NCBI GenBank assembly: GCA_003520545.1
Contig: DOUP01000061.1
Location: 1,577-65,576 of the forward strand
Source: Maritimibacter sp.
GTDB lineage: Bacteria; Pseudomonadota; Alphaproteobacteria; Rhodobacterales; Rhodobacteraceae
Direction: 5' to 3'
Length of the DNA stretch: 64,000 nucleotides
In this document: piece after piece, positions 58,399-64,000 of the stretch
How the letters are laid out: each line of letters starts with the position of its first letter
How positions within the stretch are numbered: position 1 is the stretch's first letter
The notes under the pieces: generated by a model
The model's database searches: none
What the model was told of the DNA's origin: nothing
Seen by the model: only the letters and a program-made list of their open reading frames with translations
Made by a program: the position numbers and the translations under genes

Positions 58399-60096
58399 CT
58401 ATTTCACCACGTAAGGTTTCGAGGTCTTGCGCCGGGCTTCGTTCAGCGGTGGCCCGACCGGAAAGTCACCCATAAGGTGCGGGTGCATCCCCTGATTTTT
58501 CAGATTCTGGAGAAACTGGCCAAACCCGTCGAGAGACACCATACGCGGTGCTTCCGTCAGCCGGTTTGCCTGTCGCGCGCCGATTTCGTCAATGATGGTT
58601 TGAAGCGGCTCCATCGGGTTTTCGATGAAATCGGCAAGCGTCCAGATCCGCACACGCGCTTTAGTCCAGACGGAGCGCAGCACTTCGAGGTGTTCGGCTT
58701 CGATCCGTTGAAGACGCGCCGCTTCGCGCCGGATGTCCGAGAAGTTGGCATTGGAAAAAAAGAGCGGCACCGCCCAGGCTCCGGTGATAACCGAGATTTG
58801 CGCGTTCGGATCCTTGGCGACATCCCAGGAAATATCCTGATTGTCCGCGGGTCCGAACATAAAGCATTGCCGTTCGCCACGGGTGTTCCAGATCAGGTTC
58901 GTCAGGAACGCGCGCGGGTTGTAGTCGCGCAGCTCCGCGCTGTCGGTCATCGCGCCGGCGAACACTTTTTGGTTGCCCGCAAATTCCACCCGGTCCGGGC
59001 CATAGAGGTGCCCGTGAACACGAGTCTGGGTGACGCGGGCCAGCCATTCCTCGAAGTCTTCGAACAGCTCGGTGAAGCCTTCGAAGATGGAATAGGTCGA
59101 AGACGTCAGCCCGTTTTCCCAGTTGTCGTTCGGGAAACGCGACTGCATGTAGAGGCCAGGGCGACCCTTTGTGCGGCGCTCCACGGCTTTGGAGAAGACT
59201 CGGTCGATTTTGCCCGGGTTCGGCTCCGCACCGGTGAAAATGGATGCATCGTCGGACAGGAACCCGGCATAAAGCTTGTTCGCGTGCGGCCAGATCTTGC
59301 GCGCGACGAAGCAGTCGGAGCGGCGCAGAAGTTGCATGTGATCGTCGTAGAAAATGTGCGGCTTACCTTGGAAATCGAATTTCGACAGGGTCAACGATCG
59401 GCTTTCAATATTGGTCGAATAAAGCCGGGTTAGTGTCTGGAAATAGCTCTCATCCGGAATCCAGACCTTCGAGAAATAACGGTCGTAGATCGGGCGATCC
59501 GGGTCTTCCAGGATTGCGGTGAGCGTCTGTCGTGTGAGGCACCACCACTGGCTGCCCAGATGCGGCGTAAGGCCTTCTGGGACTTTCCGCTTGAAACCGA
59601 TCCGGCGTTGGAAGCGCACGTAACCGTCAAAAGCGCGACGATGTTTTTTCCATGAGAAGGGAAAGCGGAAGATGAAGCGTTCGATATCGAGGCCACCGAC
59701 GGTCCATGGCACGTCTTCCGTCGTGACGCTCTCGATGAAGTTGGTCATCGGCCGATCAGCGAGATAATCCTTTAGCTCCTGCACCGGGCGAAGCGGCAGA
59801 CAGGACCCGGAGGCAAGATACACGTGCCGCACATCGGGAAACTCTTCGAGCAGCATTTCCGCAGCGGATTGGCTCGCTTCAACAAGCGACCATGTTCCCC
59901 ATTCGCAGCTGTGGCGTTTACAGAATTTCACATTCTCCAGATCGCCGAGGCTGGCCGTGAGTGTCTTGAATGCCCGGCGTTCGACTTTCTTGTCCACGTG
60001 GATCACGACAGGGCAGTCGTTTCGGGCCCAATGGCGCGCGACCTCGGCCGCGCGGTCGAGCGAATTGTGCACCAACATGGCGAAGCCGACCGTCAT
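58399..60096 (-). CDS. Core-2/I-branching (GT14-like) glycosyltransferase with C-terminal extension
   Basis: IHVD, CEWGTWSLV, LASGSCLP, GSQWWCL, IPDESYFQT, FVARK. Confidence 0.88.
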   Translation of the reverse strand: MTVGFAMLVHNSLDRAAEVARHWARNDCPVVIHVDKKVERRAFKTLTASLGDLENVKFCKRHSCEWGTWSLVEASQSAAEMLLEEFPDVRHVYLASGSCLPLRPVQELKDYLADRPMTNFIESVTTEDVPWTVGGLDIERFIFRFPFSWKKHRRAFDGYVRFQRRIGFKRKVPEGLTPHLGSQWWCLTRQTLTAILEDPDRPIYDRYFSKVWIPDESYFQTLTRLYSTNIESRSLTLSKFDFQGKPHIFYDDHMQLLRRSDCFVARKIWPHANKLYAGFLSDDASIFTGAEPNPGKIDRVFSKAVERRTKGRPGLYMQSRFPNDNWENGLTSSTYSIFEGFTELFEDFEEWLARVTQTRVHGHLYGPDRVEFAGNQKVFAGAMTDSAELRDYNPRAFLTNLIWNTRGERQCFMFGPADNQDISWDVAKDPNAQISVITGAWAVPLFFSNANFSDIRREAARLQRIEAEHLEVLRSVWTKARVRIWTLADFIENPMEPLQTIIDEIGARQANRLTEAPRMVSLDGFGQFLQNLKNQGMHPHLMGDFPVGPPLNEARRKTSKPYVVK

Positions 60097-61103
60097 GCCC
60101 AGTTTCCTTTGGACATGAGACCCAGGATTTCGAGCTGCCGCCAGTTGATGTATTTCTCGGACCACTTGCACCAAAGGTCCGGGTCGTCCTCAAGCTTCTC
60201 CGCATAGGCACGGTATTCGTGCGAAGCGGCATAGTGCTGTCGCCTCTCCAATTCTTCCGCCGCCTTGTCCGCGAACGTGTGCAGGAACTTGGCATGGAGC
60301 AGGCACCCGGACGCCTTTTCGCCCCCCCATTCGTCGTAAACGAGGTTCAAGCCACGAGGCAGCAGGTTATGGGTGGAGGAGACGTAGGTATAGCCGCGCT
60401 GCCATTTGACCAACGGGATCTTGTTGAGCGCCGGAGCGCGCGCCGGGTTGTCGGGGAAGAACATGCGCGCGCGCGGACCGCCCTGAATCCAGAGGTTCCC
60501 GAACTTCGGGTTCTTTTCGATCATGTAATTTCCGGCGTCGAACCAGTTCGCGATTTCGAACGGGTCCTGATTTTCCGCATAGGTCTGCTCGGACATGCGG
60601 CCCTTGGGATACATGTCGAGCAGCATCGAGCCGAAACTCTTGATCGACGAAGCATCGAGCCAATCGGTGAGCGCACGCAGACCCCGGGTATCGCAGAACG
60701 GATACACCAGAAACTCGTCTGGATCGATCGTGAGGCACCAATGGCCATTCGCGTATTTGCGCATGAGCCAGTTGAGCCAATCCATCCCGAACCGAGCCCG
60801 TTTGTAGCTGGCCTTCGAAGTCCAGAGCGAAACATCCTCCTGCTCCGCCAAATACTCCCGGGTGCCATCATCACTGTTGTTCTCGACAAAGATGAAATGG
60901 TTCACGCCCATATTGCGATAGTAGCGCAGGAAATAGGGAAGCCGGACGCGTTCGTTCCGCGCGGTGCAGAAGACGAGGATGTCGTCGGGTTTGATTGTTT
61001 CCGTCCGGTTGATAACCGACTTGATCTCCCGCCGCTTGCGGAAGGCACGAATGCGCTACCGCTTGCGGAGAAGCCGAAGCCGGTATGTCCGAACAATGCC
61101 CAA
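60093..61103 (-). pseudogene. Family-2 glycosyltransferase with a premature TAG at codon 16 (61056-61058)
   Basis: TTG 61103 LGIVRTYRLRLLRKR*RIRAFRKRR...TARNERVRLPYFLRYYRNMGVNHF is in frame with ORF 60093-60911 (DPDEF motif). Confidence 0.8.
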
Positions 61104-61141
61104 TTCTGCCCTTTCGACGCCTCGGCGCTAAGTCCCCATTA

Positions 61142-62356
61142 TCATAGGCAGTTTAAAGCAATGTTGAAATGCTCGTCCCATGTCGGAAGGCTGCCCGTCT
61201 GTGCCCGGTCGCTACGCGGTAATTGCGAAGCTTTCGTTATTGATTGCTTCCAAAGATACAGGTGGTCTGGGTTAAGGTAAACGATATTGTTTCCAAACAC
61301 TTCACGATAAACAGGCAGATCGGTCGCGATCACCGGTGCGCCCAGCGCCAGCGCTTCTCCGGGTGGAAGGCCGAAGCCCTCGACCAGCGAGGGCATGAGG
61401 AGGGCCTGCGCGCCTTGGATCAGCGCCGCGGTGGCCCCATCGCAGAGTGGTCCGAGCTCGTGCACATGGGCCGGGTCTGCGTCGAGTCGTGCGAAAACCG
61501 CGTTATTGTTCCAACCTCGTGCACCGACAAGATAGAGCTGCGGCACGTCCCCTGAGGGGAGATCCAGCGCCAAATCGGCCCAAAGGTCCAGAAGCAAGGC
61601 GTGGTTCTTGCGTGGCTCGATGGTGCCCAATGCGACGAAATAGGGTCTGTTCTGGTGCACTCCGTCCGGAATCTTCGTTTTGTCGGGCTGCGGTCGCTCG
61701 ATGCCAAGATGTGCCGTGGTGCCCTTGGGAACCCGCCCGAACCTTTGAAACTGCGCCTCGTTGGTGCGGCGTGTCGCATCGGCAGTGTGGAGCACAAGGT
61801 CGGCTTTACCGGCGACCTGGCGCATCCGGGCCTCGAAGCTTTCGACGGTCCCGGTACGCTGCCAGTCGGGATGGTCGAGCGGAATGGTGTCGTGCACCAT
61901 GACAACCGCCCGACCACCGGGCAGCGCGTGAACCGCATCGAAAACGCTGTAGACGAGGTTGGAGTGTCCCACGTTCACCCAAGTCGTGTTGGCCGGCAGG
62001 TGGCGCGCCAAGGTGGCGGACAGGAGCCGTCGTCCTGTGCGCGCGATCGCGAGACGCCGGAGATCAGATTCGGGACCGCGCCGCCCCGAACCCGGTTTCA
62101 TGAAGGCTTTCGTCAGTAGATCAGGCTTTCCCCATTGGGTTTCCCCAAACAGACGCGCAGCGAGGCGTTCGACGCCCACCCGATCGAAAACCGTGTAGCC
62201 GAAAGAGGACCGTACAAGAGCAAAGAGAGGGACGTCTTCCGCAAGGAAGCGGCGTAGATAGGCCGCTTCGACCCGGTCAACGCCTGTAAATGCCGGGCGC
62301 CCGAGCCGCGAGACGAGCCGCGAGAGATCGAGCAGTCTGGCCGTGTCTCCTCCCAA
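61142..62356 (-). CDS. GT4-family glycosyltransferase
   Basis: TGVDRVE, HDTIP, LGTIEPRKNH, PSLVEGFGLPPGEA. Confidence 0.92.
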   Translation of the reverse strand: MGGDTARLLDLSRLVSRLGRPAFTGVDRVEAAYLRRFLAEDVPLFALVRSSFGYTVFDRVGVERLAARLFGETQWGKPDLLTKAFMKPGSGRRGPESDLRRLAIARTGRRLLSATLARHLPANTTWVNVGHSNLVYSVFDAVHALPGGRAVVMVHDTIPLDHPDWQRTGTVESFEARMRQVAGKADLVLHTADATRRTNEAQFQRFGRVPKGTTAHLGIERPQPDKTKIPDGVHQNRPYFVALGTIEPRKNHALLLDLWADLALDLPSGDVPQLYLVGARGWNNNAVFARLDADPAHVHELGPLCDGATAALIQGAQALLMPSLVEGFGLPPGEALALGAPVIATDLPVYREVFGNNIVYLNPDHLYLWKQSITKASQLPRSDRAQTGSLPTWDEHFNIALNCL

Positions 62357-62366
62357 TCGGTGTCCC

Positions 62367-63245
62367 TCAGTCTTCTACGATGGTCTTCAAGTAATCCATG
62401 AGTTCCGATCTGAGCTCCTTGCGCTCCAATCCAAAGTGCACGGTGGCCTGAAGGTAGCCCGCCTTGGACCCGCAATCGAAACGCTCGCCGTCAAAAAGCA
62501 CGCCATGCACCGAACGACCCTGCTTGATCTCGTCGGCAATCGCGTCCGTCAGCTGGATCTCACCCCCAGCGCCTTTGCGGAATTTGCCGAGGTTGGCGAG
62601 CACTTCGGGGGTCAGGATATAGCGACCGATCACGGCGTAGTTGGACGGTTGTCTGCCGGTTTGCGGCTTTTCAACCATGCCCTTGACCTTGATGAGGTTT
62701 CCATCCTGTTCGTCGGGGTCGAGCACGCCGTAGGCATAGGCTTTTTCAGGCGCGACTTCCATCGCCGCGACCATGGACCCGCCGGTTTCTTCGTAGGCAT
62801 CGACCATCTGTTTGAGACAGGGCTTGTCACCCGTAATAATGTCATCCGGCAGCAGGACCGCAAAAGGTTCGTCACCGATCAGGCGGTGGGCACAGTAAAT
62901 CGCGTGACCGAGGCCAAGGGCTTTGTGCTGGCGGATATAGGCAATGGCACCGGAACCCATGTTCGTCGCACGCAGGACGTCGAGAAGGTCGTCTTTGCCC
63001 TTGGCCACGAGATCGGCTTCCAGAACTGGCGCGTTGTCGAAGTAATCCTCAAGTGCCCCTTTGCCCCGAGAAGTGACAAAAATAAACTCTTCGATGCCTG
63101 CCGCCCGCGCTTCATCAATCGCGTATTGAATGAGCGGCTTGTCGACCAGAGTCATTATTTCCTTCGGGATAGACTTGGTCGCGGGCAAGAACCGCGTACC
63201 CAGGCCCGCTACCGGGAAAATCGCCTTGGTCACCTTCTTTTGCAT
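62367..63245 (-). CDS. galU: UTP-glucose-1-phosphate uridylyltransferase
   Basis: FPVAGLGTRFLPATKSIPKE, MVEKP, GEIQLTDA, RFDCGSK. Confidence 0.98.
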   Translation of the reverse strand: MQKKVTKAIFPVAGLGTRFLPATKSIPKEIMTLVDKPLIQYAIDEARAAGIEEFIFVTSRGKGALEDYFDNAPVLEADLVAKGKDDLLDVLRATNMGSGAIAYIRQHKALGLGHAIYCAHRLIGDEPFAVLLPDDIITGDKPCLKQMVDAYEETGGSMVAAMEVAPEKAYAYGVLDPDEQDGNLIKVKGMVEKPQTGRQPSNYAVIGRYILTPEVLANLGKFRKGAGGEIQLTDAIADEIKQGRSVHGVLFDGERFDCGSKAGYLQATVHFGLERKELRSELMDYLKTIVED

Positions 63246-63378
63246 CGTATCCTACCTTCTGAAGCCTTTGCCAGACATTGGGGTAACAAGCCCTCTAACC
63301 GGGGTGAACCGTCGAGGACAACGGTTACAGTGATATGTCGCTGGCGGCGATAGGTCACTCAACAATTGGGCGCAACGC

Positions 63379-64000
63379 CTAGAAATTGCGCACAGTTCCA
63401 ATTCTTATGCGCTCTGCGGCCACCCGTTTGGAAAAGGTCCATAGCCGAAAACGCGTTTGCGACCGGTCGGATGGACCGAACAGACCGCCGCGTTGCTCCC
63501 AATACCCATCAGGGTGAAACCACATGCGGTGAGAGCGAGGAGTGGGGGACAAGCGCAGGACCGTAGCGACCGATCCGTCAGCGACAGCCGCCTTGGCTTG
63601 GGCCGCCAGCCATTTGCGCGACCAAGCCCGTCCAGCGATCAACACACTGGTGCCATCGGACGCGGGTTCGAACCGTTTGAATGGTGCTCTGGGTGCCCAC
63701 AACGGGCCGGAAGAATGCTCATCCCGTGTCAGGCCTGCCTCGAACCCGGTGAAGAAGCTTTCCTTCAACCGCGCCTTTTCTTCGGCGGTCATGCGACCGG
63801 CTTCATGGTGACCACGTAATCGCTGCTCTTGCTCGGAAAACGCATGATCTTTTCGTTCCTCAATCTTTTCGGGGGCATGCTTTCGCAAGAATACGGCCCA
63901 GGATGCGCCGATTTCGGTCAGGTCCGTCGGGACACGATCTTCTGTCCGGTTGTCAGAGGCCGCAAAGCCGTGGTGAACCTGCGCTGCGGGCACGATCACT
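63379..64000 (-). CDS. Probable glycosyltransferase, C-terminal part (5' end outside the window)
   Basis: Frame open from the window edge; VHHGFA..R motif; position upstream of galU. Confidence 0.6.
   Translation of the reverse strand, partial: VIVPAAQVHHGFAASDNRTEDRVPTDLTEIGASWAVFLRKHAPEKIEERKDHAFSEQEQRLRGHHEAGRMTAEEKARLKESFFTGFEAGLTRDEHSSGPLWAPRAPFKRFEPASDGTSVLIAGRAWSRKWLAAQAKAAVADGSVATVLRLSPTPRSHRMWFHPDGYWEQRGGLFGPSDRSQTRFRLWTFSKRVAAERIRIGTVRNF

Noticed and set aside
61056..61058. Programmed TAG read-through (pyrrolysine or recoding)
   Set aside because: No pyl genes in the window, and TAG is used as a normal stop by many genes here.

Overview
GC-rich alphaproteobacterial chromosome segment. 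Gene content and order point to Rhodobacteraceae/Roseobacteraceae; the genus cannot be determined from sequence alone. Core backbone: gpmI (partial), Kef-type K+ antiporter, rlmH-rsfS, MscS, leuCD...leuB, DMT transporter, tRNA-Pro(CGG), aroQ-aroE, the RpoE/ChrR singlet-oxygen module with divergent target genes, a TRAP transporter, cysG, rnd, hpf-ptsN and a surface-polysaccharide block ending in galU. Accessory content: (1) a low-GC orphan gene flanked by short related repeats after leuB; (2) a decayed island of about 15 kb at tRNA-Pro, with remnants of an integrase, a YgjP-like peptidase, an AlkB-like oxygenase and a PD-(D/E)xK nuclease. The island carries two intact modules: a LigM-like THF-dependent demethylase + CoA ligase + thioesterase + MarR + ABC importer, and an ArsR-rhodanese/DsrE/rhodanese sulfur cluster. 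Best candidates for something new: a gap-arsJ arsenate-efflux pair split by three secreted DUF1036 paralogues, with a Pho box and no ars regulator nearby; the absence of kdsD-lptC-lptA-lptB between rnd and hpf, next to a glycosyltransferase with a nonsense codon; the CoA-linked demethylase module whose carboxylate-binding Arg appears to be replaced; and a leaderless Leu-containing leader peptide before leuC. All family assignments come from motif recognition by eye; no database search was run.
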